A stretch of DNA of 64,000 nucleotides from an uncultured Gemmatimonadaceae bacterium (GCA_963829055.1 CAWHHI010000008.1:352001-416000), one strand, 5' to 3'; counted from the first letter of the stretch, positions 1 through 12,846 are shown. Numbers and translations are program-made. Notes: generated by a model not told the origin, from the letters alone.

Positions 1-947
1 GGCTCCTGGGGAGCGTTCATCACGTACTTCTCCTTCGCTGTCGCGCCGCAGCATCTCGCGAAGGATTTCTCGTGGCCGTGGCGAGCCGCACGGGTGCTAC
101 TCGAGGGGCACAACCCGTACGACGTGATCCAGGCGACCGGCCCCTACCCGTTCAACGTCGGGCTGTTCTATCCGCTGCCCGCGGCGGTTGCCGTGCTTCC
201 GTTCGCACGACTCAGCCCCGTGCTGGCAGGGACGCTTTTCATTTTCGTATCCGCGACGCTGCTCGCGTTCGGTCTCACGAGCCGTCGGCAGGACCTGCAC
301 AAGCTGCCGCTGTTCGCGAGCGCACCATTTTGCATGGCTGCGGTGCTTGGTCAGTGGGCGCCCCTCATGACCGCCGCCGCGCTGCAACCGGCACTGCAGT
401 TCCTGCTCGCGGCGAAGCCGAATCTTGGGCTAGCATGCTGGATCTATCGGCCGAGTATTCGCGGAGCCATCGCCGCGGCGGTGTTCGCGCTGCTGACGTT
501 GTTGATCATTCCCACGTGGCCGCTCGACTGGCGGCACGCGCTGGAAGCGGCGCCGCGGTACAAGGGCCCAATCATGCGTGGCGCAACGGGGCTGCTGCTC
601 CTCGTGGCGGCAGTACGCTGGCGCCGACGCGAAGGGCGTCTATTTCTCGCCATGTCCTTCGTGCCGCAACTGACGTCTGTTCTACGATCAGCTGCCGCTC
701 TGGCTCGTCCCGAACACCGTCTGGCGGTCGCTGCGGCCTAACGTTCCTCAGCTGGGTCGCCTGGTCGCAGTGGTATCCGAGTCGGGCGCTTCCGTCGAAC
801 GTCGCCGCGGCGGAACCCTGGGTGTTCTGGCTCCTGTACATTCCCACGCTCGTGCTCGTCCTGCTGCTTCCGAGCCACGAGTCGTCGATGCCTGCTCGCG
901 CGGATGCAGCAGCACACGACGTCGCGAGCCCGCCAGCGACTACCTAA
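1..947 (+). CDS. GT87/DUF2029-like (GT-C fold) membrane glycosyltransferase, copy 1; 5' end outside window, frameshift near 675
   Basis: Frame 1 reads KDFSWPWRAARVLLEGHNPY..YPLP..GQWAPL..KPNLG..RWRRREGRL, continuing in another frame to TAA 945-947; hydrophobic; same motifs as five other copies in window. Confidence 0.7.
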   Translation, partial: LLGSVHHVLLLRCRAAASREGFLVAVASRTGATRGAQPVRRDPGDRPLPVQRRAVLSAARGGCRASVRTTQPRAGRDAFHFRIRDAARVRSHEPSAGPAQAAAVRERTILHGCGAWSVGAPHDRRRAATGTAVPARGEAESWASMLDLSAEYSRSHRRGGVRAADVVDHSHVAARLAARAGSGAAVQGPNHAWRNGAAAPRGGSTLAPTRRASISRHVLRAATDVCSTISCRSGSSRTPSGGRCGLTFLSWVAWSQWYPSRALPSNVAAAEPWVFWLLYIPTLVLVLLLPSHESSMPARADAAAHDVASPPATT

Positions 948-2553
948 CGAGTGCCCGACGGTCCTGCTGCCGCGGCCTTCGTGCCCGAGGTAGCGCCCAC
1001 GGGTGGCTCGATGCCGACCTGGTCGAACCGCGGGTCCGAGCGGATCGCGTCGAATCCCGGATCGCGCAGCGCGCTCCGAAGCTCGGCACCACGAGGCCGG
1101 GCACGCGAGAGCGCGTCGAATGCCTTGTCACGAGTCCCAAGAGCCGTGAGGCCGAGGCTCAGATACACCGCATCGCGGACGCCGAGCGTGCTGCCTGCTT
1201 TCAACTTCGCGTTCGACAATCGGCGAGCATCGGCCTTCGCGGCATCGAACTCCCGCGAGTAGGCGTTGACGTAGAACTCGAGTGCCTCGCCCCACGCGGC
1301 GCCACTCAGGCGCCGAGCAGTTTCAGCATCGCTGAACGCGTCGCGGAATTCATCCATGTGCATCCGTACGCGCGCCCGAAGCGCGTATGCAAGCGGGTCG
1401 TACGAGTCCGCACCAATGCTTGCGTTCACGAGCGCGCACGCATTGACGTATCGTCGCGCCAGATATTCCAGCTCGGCGAGCAATCGCAGCGATACCGCGC
1501 GGTCGCGCTCGAAGCCGAGCGCTTGCCTGAGCTGAGCTTCGGCAGCCTGGTCGCGTCCCATTCGCAGCAACGTGATCGCGTACTCCTGACGCGCGTCAGC
1601 GCTACGCGGCGCGACCTTGATCGCGCGCTCGTGCGCCCGGATCGCGCCGGCATAGAGACGGGGATCACGCACTCGCTCGAAGATCGCGCGGCCGGTCCAT
1701 GCGTCAGCGGTCGCGCTGTCGGCGAGCAGCGCGCGATCGACCAGTGCTTCTCCCTCGCGCAGCGCCGCGAGCTGCCCGAGTGGACCAACTCGACCGCGCC
1801 GCTCGAGGGCGGTGGCGTAGGCCCGGACAAGCCGTCCGAGCACGAGTGCCGACTTGGGCGCTTTGTCCAGGGCGCGTTCGAACGCTGCACGGGCTGAGTC
1901 TCCAGCCCAGAGGTCGTACTGCGTCAGGAAGTAGTCGCCACGAGCCAGGTTGTCGTACGCCGCCGGATCGGAGACAGGACGGCGGACGTTAGGCCGCGCA
2001 GCTCTGCAGTACCTCGGCGACGGCGGCGACAACCTGATCCTCGATCGACGCCAGGGAGGTCTGCGGATACAGGAACTCCCGCTCCCAGCGAGGCATCTCG
2101 CCGCCACGCGCGAGGATACGCATCGTGATCGACGCGCCGCCGCGCTGCGAAGTCATGGTGCCTGTGACCATGAACTTCGCGCCCACCAATTCCGCCAACT
2201 GATTTACCCGACCCTGCCGCTTCCGCCGACGCTCGTTCGGCGCTGCCGACGGTAGGCGTGAAGATCCCAGGGACGCCCGACAGACCGTTCGCGATCCCGC
2301 GTGCGATGGCCCAGGGCAGATGGACCTGTGCGCCATCACTGAGGCGCGCTTCAGGCGCGAGAACAGCGACAACGGTTCCTGCCGACGACGCGGGACGACC
2401 AATGAGATCCGCGAACGGAACCCGAGCGTCGACGCGACACGGCGGAGGCGGCGCGATGCGAGGCGTCTGCGCGCCCGCACGCGTGAGCCCCAGGCCGCCA
2501 ATGAGCACACCCAGAGTCACGCGCCCGAAGGCGCGCCCACCTTGCATTGCCAT
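944..2553 (-). CDS. Exported TPR-repeat protein at distal end of tad locus (frameshifted)
   Basis: Signal-like N-terminus (ORF 1924..2553), helical TPR-like repeats in ORF 944..2107 (ARAAFERALDKAP, AIRAHERAIKVAP, AEAQLRQALGFE). Confidence 0.65.
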
Positions 2554-2592
2554 TGTCGTTAGGCCGTCGAGGCTGGAGATCCGTGCGGACCG

Positions 2593-3790
2593 CTAGCGAA
2601 CCAGGATGAGGCGTTTAAGAGTCGTGGGCCCCGGCCCAACCGGCCCAGTCGTCGTCATCGGCTTGAATATGCCTGTAATCGACGCCGGCGGATTGTTCGG
2701 ATCCGGCGTTCCGCCGCCGTTAGGCATCACCTTCGTCAGCGTGAAGGACCCGAGCATCTGGACAGTGACCTCGGCCGGCGCCGTTACAGCCGCTGATAGC
2801 AGAGATGGAAAGCCGCCTTGATATCGACGCCGGTCGTCCCGTCCTGATTCAGGCAATCGCCGTTGCTGGTAAGGGTATAACACACGTAGTACTGCTCGTT
2901 GCCGTTGCGCTCGACGCCCTGGAGCGTCGGACCTACCATGTTGCCCGTCTGGACCTCGAGCACGTCTCCGATTCCCAGGGTATAGCAGGTCTGCTCCGGC
3001 AATATTGTCGCGGTATTCGTTACCGCCACCCTGCGGCGGGATCCCATCCGGGTTCAGCGTCCCATCGGCCGAACGCTTGCGCGGTAGCTTCACTGCCTGG
3101 TAGTTGCCTGGCGCCGTCGAACCTGGCGGCGGGTCATCCACCGTCGTCTGGTTACCGTTGCCCGCGCCCATCTTGAGGTTGAATGTCCGGTCAGCGACGG
3201 ACATGTTGTTCAAGACCTCGCGGTCCTCGTCGGTGAACGGCCGCGTCAGATTGTGCCGCGGTGTTCGCCAGTCCTCGGGCGGTGTTGACTTTCTGCATCA
3301 GGATCACGTACGGGATCGACCACGGTCGGATGCAGTTCGAGTTATTGACCGGAGCATTTGCCCAGGCCGTCGCTCGAGCCTTGACGCGCGGCGCGGCAAT
3401 GCCAAATGCGCCCATGATCATCTTGTTGGTGCCGTGGCTGACGACGACGTGCACGGCGTTAGGCACCGTCGAACCGCTCACGAGTGTGAACGTGCTCGTC
3501 GCGTCGTCCCACGTGCCCAGCTGCACGCTGTCCACGGTTACCAGATCGTACATGGCCCGATTGAGCTGAGCGATCGCCGTAGCGGTGTCGACGGCAGCGG
3601 CTCTGGGGTGCGGCGGGTTCAACTGCACTGCACCCGCGAGCGCACCGGCGTCGGCTGACGTCTGCAGCTCGTTCCGCATCGTCCAGATGCGACTCATGTC
3701 GATGGCCATCGCCGCCGCGCCCATCAGAACCATGAACAGGAGTCCGAACAGCACGACGAACACGCCCTTCCGATTCTTCATCCGACGCAT
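2593..3790 (-). CDS. tadG: TadG-like pilus assembly protein (frameshifted)
   Basis: RKGVFVVLFGLLFMVLMGAAAMAIDMSRIWTMRNELQTSADAGALAGA is a typical Tad N-terminal pseudopilin domain. Confidence 0.8.
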
Positions 3791-3844
3791 CGCATCCTCC
3801 GGGTAAGTACAGTCCCGGCCTTCGCTCGCCTGCACGCGTCTTCA

Positions 3845-4780
3845 CTACTGCCCGATCTTCCCGAACTCATGATGACCTGGACCAGCGCCGGTCCCATGAT
3901 CACGATGAACAAGGCCGGCAGAATGAACAGCACCAGCGGGAACGTCATCTTGAGCGGCGCCTGCTTTGCCTTCTTCTCCGCGGTCTGACGGCGCTTGCGC
4001 CGGAGCGTCTCGGCCGACACGCGAAGCACCGTCGCAATGCTCGTACCCCACTTCTCGCTCTGAATCATGCTCGAGACGAGCGCGCGCATCTCCTCGACGC
4101 CCGTGCGCTGCCAGAGCGAGCGCAGCGCGGTGTCGCGCGGGATGCCGGCGTTCGTCTTTCGGTTCACGACCGCCAGCTCGTGCGCGAGGTCCGTGTGCGC
4201 CGAGCCGAATCTCACGGGCCACGCGAAGGATCGCCGCGTCGAGACTGACGCCGGCTTCGACGCAGACGACCAGGAGGTCCAGCGCATCCGGGAACCGACC
4301 GCCGAATGCGCTCCTGCCGCTGCCGCACGAGCCGGTCCAGGAAACCCATCGGGAATGATCCAGCCGCGCAGAACATCGACGACGCCAATGCTGAGCGCGT
4401 ACATCGAAGAAGCTGATCCTCGGGCCACGAAGGCGATCGCGAGCACCGGGAGGATCGACGAACGAGACCACTCGAACGAAGAAAGAACGTCGCCGGCGCG
4501 GTTGGCGTATCGAACCCCGCCTGAATCAGCTTCTCCTGACGACGCGACGTCGTCGGTCGGACTGCCCGGGCAACGTATCCAGCAGCCACTGGCGGAGGCC
4601 GACGCGACTGCGGTCCTTGATCGGGCCGAAGCACGATCGTCGGACGCGGAACCGTCGTCCATCGACGCCCGCGCGCGCCAGCACGGCTCGCCGCTGTGCG
4701 ATCGTCAGATGAGCGCAGCCCGCCGACGATGACGGCGAGCACGACCAACGACCAGGAGAACGATGAGCTGAAATGGGCAT
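3845..4780 (-). CDS. tadC: Tad inner-membrane platform protein TadC (frameshifted)
   Basis: FPDALDLLVVCVEAGVSLDAAILRVARE and AEKKAKQAPLKMTFPLVLFILPALFIVIMGP (T2SS-F domain). Confidence 0.88.
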
Positions 4781-4790
4781 GGCTCGGACC

Positions 4791-5773
4791 TCAGATATCG
4801 ATGTCGGCGATCTTCATCATCATGTAGTACCCCGCCATGACCATGAACCCGGCGAACACGAACACGATAGACGCCCGTGGGCTGACTCGCCAGCATCGGC
4901 TCCATGAACTTCGCGGTTGATCAGGTTGATGAGGACGAACACGACCAACGGGCAACAGCCGACAGAATGCGCGCCGACATCTTCGACTCCGCCGTCAGCG
5001 TCTCGATGTCGGCCTTCAGCGCCGCCCGCTCGCGCATGAGCGTGCCGATGTTCCCGAGCACCTCGCTCAGGTTACCACCGGTCTCGCGCTGAATCAGCAT
5101 CGCCGTCACGAACATCTTGAGATCCAAACTATCAATGCGGCTCTGCAGGGCAAGCAGCGCGGTGCGGACTTCCATGCCGAGTCGCTGCTCCTCGTAGAAT
5201 CGCGAGAACTCCGGACCGAGCGGTCGCGTGATCTCTTCGCCAATGAACTTCATCGCGGCCTGGAACGAGTACCCGGCCTTCATCGCGCTCACCAGCATGT
5301 CGATCGCGTCCGGCAACTGATCCCGGAACAGTCGAGATGCGCTTCTTCTGCTTGCCACGGAGCCAGCCAGATCGGGATCAGGAATCCGACAACGCCGCCG
5401 AGAAAGCCAACGATGGCTCCCCGGAAGAGCCAGCCGAGCGCGAATCCGACGACCGTCGACGACAGATGCACACGCGGAGCAGGAAGCTCGCCGGCGTCGT
5501 CTGCTCGAGCCCCGCCTTCTGGAGCTGCTCGGCGACGACCGACGTGATACCGCGGCCAGCCAGCAACCTGTCGAGCGCCGGCAGATCGCTGACGTTCGCC
5601 TCGCGAAGGATGCTCCGAACACTGTCGGCGTAGAGCGATCGCGCTCTCGCAGCCGGTCGAGCGCAGCATCGGCCTGCGCGAGAGCCGCGGCGGTTGATGA
5701 ACAGGTACCCGCCGATCAGCACGCCGACGATGCCGAGAAGACACCGCGCGAGCAGTCAGTAGCTGCGACCCAT
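4791..5773 (-). CDS. tadB: Tad inner-membrane platform protein TadB (frameshifted)
   Basis: FRDQLPDAIDMLVSAMKAGYSF..QRETGGNLSEVLGNI..TLTAESKMSARILS. Confidence 0.88.
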
Positions 5774-5778
5774 GCAGT

Positions 5779-7275
5779 CTACTCCGATTCGAACATCCGC
5801 GGCGGCAGCTCGACGCCGGCCACCCGGAGTCGGTCGGTAAACGTCGGCCGAACGCCGGTCGCCTCGAACTGGCCGACGATCCGGCCTTCCGGCGAGATGC
5901 CGCGGCGCTTGAAGCGGTAGATCTCCTGCGTCGTCACGACCTCGCCTTCCATGCCGGTGACTTCGGTGACGCTCACGACCCGTCGCGTTCCGTCCGACAG
6001 ACGCGACGCCTGGATGATCACGTCGAGCGCCGACGTAGATCTGCTCGCGCATCGCGCGGTTCGGCAGGTTGGTTCCCGCCATGAGGATCATCGTCTCGAG
6101 ACGCGCCAGCGCGTCGCGCGGCGTAGTTCGCGTGAACCGTCGTCAGCGATCCTTCGTGACCGGTGTTCATCGCCTGGAGCATGTCGAGCGCCTCCGCGCC
6201 GCGAACCTCACCGACGATGATTCGATCGGGGCGCATACGCAACGCGTTCTTCACGAGGTCGCGGGCCACGACTTCGCCGCGGCCTTCGGAGTTTGGCGGC
6301 CGTGTCTCGAGCCGAACCACGTGCTCCTGCTGCAGCCGGAGCTCGGCGGCGTCCTCGATCGTGACGACGCGCTCGTCCGCCGGAATGAACGAGCTGAGCG
6401 CGTTGAGCAGCGTCGTTTTGCCCGGAGCCGGTACCGCCGGAGATCAGCATATTCAGCCGCGCCTTCACGCAGCCGGCGAGCAGCTGCAGCATCTCCATCG
6501 TCAGTGCGCCGTTCGCGATCAGCTGCTCGACCGTGAGGTCGGCGCCGAATCGACGGATCGACAGCACCGGTCCGTCGAGCGCCAGCGGCGGAATGATCGC
6601 GTTGACGCGCGAGCCGTCGGGGAGACGGGCGTCGACCATCGGCGACGACTCGTCGACGCGACGGCCGACGCGGCTCACGATGCGGTCGATGACCGCCAGC
6701 AGGTGCGCGTCGTTCCGGAACTGCGCGCCGACGCGCGAGAGCTTACCCTTTCGCTCGATGAAGATGTCCTTCGCGCTGTTGACGAGGATGTCCGAGATCG
6801 TCGGGTCGCGGAACAGCGGCTCGATCGGGCCCGAGGCCGGTGATCTCCCAGACGATCTGCTCGACGATCTCCTCGCGCTCCGTCTGGCTGAGCGGCGTCG
6901 ATTCCTCGCGGAGGAACTCACCGACGGCGAGCCGGATCTGGTGGACGACCTCGACTTCATCCTTGATCTGCTCGAGCGCCTCGAGGTCGAGGCGCTCGAT
7001 GAGCCGGTGGTGCAGGTCGATCTTGAGCTGATCGACGGCGCTGAGCTTTTCCGTCGCTCGCGTCCGCGCGTCGAGTACATGCTCGACCCAGGCGCGCATC
7101 GAGCGACTCGATCGCCGACAGCGCGCCGTCTGAATGGCGGCGCGGGCGGCGCCGCCGCAAGGCGGCCATTCGAGCTGCTCCAGCTCCGGAGATTCGGGCG
7201 CGGCAGCGCGGCGGCTTCGCGGCGCCGTGCCGTTCGAGCTGGCTTTCGCCCCGAGAGTCGATCCATCAGCGACAT
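5779..7275 (-). CDS. cpaF: Tad assembly ATPase CpaF/TadA (frameshifted)
   Basis: [19 protein letters not shown], Walker [41 protein letters not shown]. Confidence 0.93.
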
Positions 7276-7277
7276 GT

Positions 7278-8487
7278 TCAGCTCCTCTTCCGCGCGAACA
7301 GGTTCTTGAGACGCGATCCGCCCGGCGCCGTTCTGGTCTGTGCGCGCCATTGGTCTGCCGAGGCTGACGCCTCCACCGAGCTTGCCGCAAGCTGCGCGAA
7401 CGCCCAGCCGAGCTTCGACGCCCGGGTCGAACTCGGCGACCGGCACGCCGTTCGTGAGCGCGCCGGACGCCACGCGATAGTCGTTAGGCAGCTTGAAGAA
7501 GATCGCGGCCTTGAGCACGTCTTCCGCGTCCGCCGGAGAGAGCACCTCGCCCGACTGGAAGCGGTTGACGACGACGCAGACCTTGTCCTTCGAGTAGCCG
7601 AGGCGGCGGCACAGCTTGACCGTGCGCTGCGTGCTGCGGAGCGCCGCCGACGCTCAGCTGCGTCACGAGGACGATCCGGTCCGCCGCGTCCAGCGCCGCG
7701 AGCGTTCGATCGTTGAGCTGATGCTCGCAGTCGAGCACCGTGAACAGAAAGTTGCTGCCGCAGGTGCTGGATGATCGTGGTGACCGTGTTCGCGTCGACC
7801 TGCTCGTCCGCCTCGGGGCTGTCCGGCGCCGGCAGGACCCAGACACCGCCACGACGTCGGCGTCAGCAGCGAATTCAGCAGCTCCGCATCGATGCGGTCG
7901 ATCTTCGCGACCAGGTCGCCAAGGTCGTAGGACGGATTCGAGGTTCAGCAGGACGCGAATGTCGCCCGCCCCGATGACCAGGTCCGCGAGCGCGGCGCGA
8001 GCACCCGGGTGATTCTTGGCGAAGCCATACGCGAGGTTCGTCGCAACCGTGCTCACGCCGAGCCCACCCTTCGGCGCTGTACACGGCGATGATCTCGCCG
8101 TGATCCGACGGTCGACTGCGTGCGCCGCATCAGATCGATCGACGGCCGCCGGCAAGGTCCTTCGGGTCGGGCGGAGCGACGAGGAACTCCTGAATGCCGG
8201 CGCGCATGGCGCGCAGCATCACATCCGGCTCCTGCTTTGGGTGCGGTGCCGATGACCGCCGTGTAGCGCTCACGACGAATCTCCCGCTCGAGCGTGGCCA
8301 GCTGAAGATCGGCGACGCCGTCGAGCGGGAGGATCACGAGATCGACGTGCTTCTGGCGAAGCTGATCGATCGCCGCCTCCACGTCATCCACACTGTGGAA
8401 TTTCGTGAACCCGAACCGGGCGAGCACCTCCGTCGCCGGCTCTTCCGGTCCGGCCGCGCGACCAACGAGCAATGCCTCTCGTGCCAT
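7278..8487 (-). CDS. cpaE: CpaE/TadZ receiver-like plus MinD/ParA-type ATPase (frameshifted)
   Basis: [38 protein letters not shown]; position between secretin and ATPase. Confidence 0.82.
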
Positions 8488-8527
8488 ATCTGCTCGATAT
8501 ACCTGGTCTGATTCGACTCGCCGCGTG

Positions 8528-9705
8528 CTACGGGCGCGCGCTGGTTAGGCGGCAGGCGCTTCTTCAGCGCGTCGAGTGCCGGCTTCGTCGTATCAGGCTT
8601 GCAACCGCATCACGTCCTCGGCGCGCGGGCGCAGCGGATCGACGATGATCGGGTGTGACGATCACGATCAGCTCCGACTCGTTCTTCTGGAACCGCGTGC
8701 TCGAGAACAGCTGACCGAGGATCGGGATGTCCATGAGCAGCGGGATGCCGGTCTTGACGCGCTCATCCTCGTTGGAGAACAGGCCCGACAGGACGAGGCT
8801 CGTGTTCCGCCTGACGTCGACGGTGCTCTCGATGCGGCGCGTGCGGAGCGCCGGAATGCGGAAGCCCTGGAGCAGGACGGCGTTCGACGAAGTCGAGGCT
8901 CGACACCTCGGGCATCACCTGCAGCTTGATCAGGCTGTCACTCACGATCTCCGGCGTGAACCTGAGCCGGATACCGAACTCCCGGAATTGAATGGATACA
9001 CGCCGATTGGCCACCCGGACCGCCACTGCCGCCCTGCACAACCGGGATCGGCATCTCGCCACCGGCGAGGAACGTCGCCAGCTCGCGGTTCGCCGTCATG
9101 ATCGTCGGCTCGGCCAGCAGGTGAGCATTGCCGTTCTGTTCCTGCGCGTCGAGGAACGCCAGCAGGTCGTCGGTGCCGAAATCGGTGAGAACGGTGAGGT
9201 ACCGCGTTAGCGACGGGATCGTGACCCTGCCGGTGATCGGGTCGATCGTACGCGTCGCTGCCGAAGTTCCCACTGCCAACGCGAACGTTCTTGTCGCGGT
9301 AGATCGCCGAGACGCCCGATCTCGCGGAGCGCATCGCGTCGGACTTCGGCGAACTTCACGGCCAGCGCGATCTGCATGCGGTCCGCGGCGCGTGTGAACC
9401 TGAACGCGGAAATGCACCCGGCGTCCGCTCTGCAGCCAGAGAATGATGTCGCCTTCACCGGCGGCGGCGGCGTTGATGACGATCTCGCGCTCCGATACGA
9501 CGACGGCGTCGACGATCGCCGGGTTCGCGACCGTGACGCGCGTGATGACTTCCGCCGCCCGGTATGGGTAGGAACGCCCGAGGGGCAGGTCGAGGCGCGT
9601 GACCGCGGTTTCCTGCGCGAACGCACGCTGCGACACGAACATCATCGCGGCGAAGAAGCCGAGCATGCGAATGGCGCGCCGGTACACGTCGCTCTTGCCG
9701 ATCAA
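8528..9705 (-). CDS. cpaC: Tad secretin CpaC/RcpA (frameshifted)
   Basis: RVTVANPAIVDAVVVSEREIVINA, LLAEPTIMTANRELATFLAGGEMPIPV, FREFGIRLRFTP..PEVSSLD. Confidence 0.88.
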
Positions 9706-9766
9706 GCGAGTGCTCCTTGTGAGGTGATGAGGTTGGGAATGTGCTTCACGCCGAGTGCGCACGCGC

Positions 9767-10722
9767 TCACGGCGTCTTCGAGGAGTCGCGCTTCGCAGCC
9801 GAATCCTTCTGGAACTTGAGATCCGTTGCGCTCGTTCCGCGGAACACCTTGACGTTGAACGAGTCGGGTCGCGCCGGCTTCGGGTGGCGGCGCCTGAACG
9901 ACCGGCGGCGGCGAGTGGTGACTGACGCGGTGCCGGAGCTGGCGATCGTTGCGCGGTGCGGCGCGGTTCCGGCGCTTCGCGTCGCGGCAGCGGGACGGTG
10001 CGCGAGCGCTTGATGTCGGTGAGCACGTCGCTGGCGTTGGCGCCGTTGGTGCTGATGCTGTCCGGGTCGCCGTAGCCGCGCAGCACGAGCTGCAGCGCGC
10101 CCTGCGCGGCGGCGATCGCCAGCCTCTCGGCCTCGCTCCGGCGTGACCTCGATCGAGGCGACGCGCGGCGCTGATCGGGCGGCCGTCCTGGGCGCGCTCC
10201 GGCGCGGCGCCGATGGCCAGCACGCGCATGTTCGACATGAACAGCTTGGCGGTGCTCTTGCCGGCGTTCTCGGGGTCGTCGATGACGACCATGATGTCGA
10301 CGCGGCTGTTCGGCTGGACCATGCCGGCGAGGCTGGCGACGTCGTTGATGCGGATGCCGTAGGCGCGCTTGCCCGGGGTGATCTTGACCTCGAGCCCGGC
10401 GCCGGTGCCCTCCGGGGCGAGCCGCCCGGGGACGAGCGCCTCGCCCTTGTAGACGGCCACGCGGGTGACGCGGTCGGCCACCGAGTCGACGTTCGTGTAG
10501 GCGCCCGCCGGCTGCGTGCCCGCCGGCCACTGCGCCACGACGACCGCCATGCGGTCGACCTTGACGCCCTCGGGCATGTCCTTCGGCCGCGACCACGACC
10601 GGCACGGTCGCGATGCGGCTACTCGCCTTGGTCGCCTCGAGGACGCGGTACACACCGAAGGTCGCGATGACCGCGACGACGAGAGCGAGGTAGAAAATCA
10701 CTGTGTAGCGCTTCGCAGCCAT
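9767..10722 (-). CDS. cpaB: CpaB/RcpC (SAF domain) (frameshifted)
   Basis: VPVVVAA-KDMPEG, KITPGKRAYGIRINDVASLAGMVQPNSRVDIMV, AERLAIAAAQGALQLVLRG. Confidence 0.9.
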
Positions 10723-10797
10723 AGGTCACCGCGTCGGATCGGAAGAGCGTGAGAAAACAGCGTGCGTGATGAAGGACGATTGAAGCGGCAGAACAGA

Positions 10798-11253
10798 TCA
10801 AGTGCAGGCGCCGGCAAGTGCGCCGGCGCATTCCCAGCGAAAGGTCACCGACCGGGTCAACGGTGAGGGCCGGCACCGGCAGGAATCGGGAGAGCGTAGC
10901 GAGGGGGATCGGATGGGCAGTGACGGTCACGGTGATGTACTCGTTGTTGGTACCGCCCGTGTTCACCGAGACCTTGGTCAAATCCAACCCGTTGAACCCG
11001 TACGTCGTCGCGTAGCTCTGGACCTTATCCTTGACGGCGGTCCTGTAATCTCCGATCGCGTAATTCTTCCATTTCGAACCGTACCGTGCCCCTTCGCGGA
11101 GGCCGAGTCGAGTGCGTTCATCTGCCCGTAGGCTCGGCTGAAGTCGATCACGCCGAACACGATCAAGGCCAGGAACGGGACGACGAGCGCGAACTCGACG
11201 ATCACCGCGCCTCTGCGAGCAACCAAACGGCGCCGCTTGATACTCTTGCTCAT
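10798..11253 (-). CDS. tadE: TadE-like pseudopilin 2 (frameshifted)
   Basis: RRGAVIVEFALVVPFLALIVFGVIDFSRA. Confidence 0.85.
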
Positions 11254-11263
11254 GGTGCCGTCC

Positions 11264-11711
11264 TCAGGAGGTTCCGGTGCGTTCCCAGCGGTACCGCACC
11301 GACCGGGTGACAGTGAACGGGGAAAGACCCAGGAACTTTCCAAGCACGGGCAGCGGAACCGGGTGCGCCGTCACCGTAACGGTGACGTACTCCGGCGCGG
11401 TAGGTATGTCGGGCACGACCGTCACGGTGGTCATGTCCAGACTCTTGTATCCGAAGACGGCGGATGTCTGTTGCATCTTGGCTTTGACCGCGGTGGTGGC
11501 CGTGGCCAAGTCGGTTATGAGGTCCTTCCTCGTCGACGCGGTTCGAGCTCCCTCGCGAAGCGCAGCATTGATCGCGTTGAGCTCCGAGTAGGCGCGACTG
11601 AAGTCAATGACGCGCGAAAATCGTGATGAACAGAAACGGCACGACCAGCGCGAATTCGACGATGACCGCGCCGCGCCTGCCTCGACTGGTTCGTGTTCGA
11701 TGTCGCAGCAT
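11264..11711 (-). CDS. tadE: TadE-like pseudopilin 1 (frameshifted), paralog of neighbour
   Basis: RRGAVIVEFALVVPFLFITIF..VIDFSRAYSELNAINAALREGAR..EYVTVTVTAHPVPL. Confidence 0.85.
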
Positions 11712-11721
11712 TGCCCCTCGT

Positions 11722-12265
11722 TCAGTACGAAAGAATCCCGGGAATCCAGCCAATCAACAACGCACCGCAGGCGAGTGCGACGCCGTAGGGAAGGTAAGCC
11801 TTGCGCTGCTCGTCCGCCGACACTTTCCCCAGCGGTGCGAGCGAAAACATGGACAGGGACATCGCCACCCGTTCCACGCCCTCACGCGTCCTGCGCTGCC
11901 AGATGAGCGCGCCGAGCGACAACACTCCGCCTGCGAGCGCCGCGACGAGTGCTGCTCGCCAGGCGCCACCAGGACCGAGCCACGCCGCGGCTGCCGCAAA
12001 CAGCTTCACGTCGCCAGCTCCCATGCCACCGGCGACATGGAACATGATCCAGATCGAGAACCCGAGCGCGAGACCAGCCGAGGGCCCGAACCAGCCCCGG
12101 CCAAACCGGCTCGAGCGCGATGGAGAACGCAAACCCCGTGACAACGAGTACCGCGACCAGTGCATTGGGGATTCGCCGCCAACGTACATCGGTGACGCAG
12201 GCGGAGAGCAACAAAATGGTGTAGACCACACCCGCCGCGAGCCGCCACTCAGATCCGGCAAACAC
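11722..12265 (-). CDS. cpaA: A24 prepilin peptidase CpaA/TadV (frameshifted)
   Basis: TDVRWRRIPN, GGMGAGDVKL, LPYGVALACG. Confidence 0.9.
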
Positions 12266-12498
12266 TCACGGCCTCCACAGACTTCGTTATCCCGCGTCGA
12301 AGCTCCTGACTAACCATCGTTAGGCGGTGAGCAGTAGCCGTCACCGATTACTCCGAGCCCTTCAATACGACAACGCGCCGACTCGACAGACGTCCGCGCG
12401 GGGAACCCACACTCCGCGGAAGCGCCATTGTAGCACGCTCCTCGGCGGAGTAAAACAGGCGATCGTCGTTAGATCGGCGAATCGCCGTTAGATCAGCG

Positions 12499-12678
12499 TT
12501 AGACGGTCGTGATCTGACTCGTCCGAGCCGCGAACCAGCTCTTGATGCTGCTTCCGAAGACCGTGACGACACCGATCAGGAGCACGGCGATGAGCGCGAC
12601 GAGCAGCCCGTACTCCGTAACCGCGATACCTTCGTCCGACCGAACGAACTTCTGTAGCCCTCCGGCAATTCGACGCAT
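12499..12678 (-). CDS. flp: Flp pilin, copy 2 (59 aa; absent from ORF track)
   Basis: Hand translation MRRIAGGLQKFVRSDEGIAVTEYGLLVALIAVLLIGVVTVFGSSIKSWFAARTSQITTV; G-x4-EY Flp motif. Confidence 0.92.
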   Translation of the reverse strand: MRRIAGGLQKFVRSDEGIAVTEYGLLVALIAVLLIGVVTVFGSSIKSWFAARTSQITTV

Positions 12679-12800
12679 GTGAAACGCTCCCGGTGCGGTA
12701 CGGTGCCGCGATTCGAGCTACGACGGCGTAGCGCGTGATATGGTACGTCGCGAGGATCTGACAACCTGAACCCGAGTACCGCAACCAACGAGCAGAGTAC

Positions 12801-12837
12801 AGCGATCCGTCGCAGTCAGTGACTGCGACGGATCGCT
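12801..12837. terminator. Perfect 18-bp inverted repeat just 3' of flp copy 1 (terminator or mRNA-stabilising hairpin)
   Basis: AGCGATCCGTCGCAGTCA-G-TGACTGCGACGGATCGCT; no U-tract on the minus strand. Confidence 0.65.
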
Positions 12838-12846
12838 CACTCGCAA

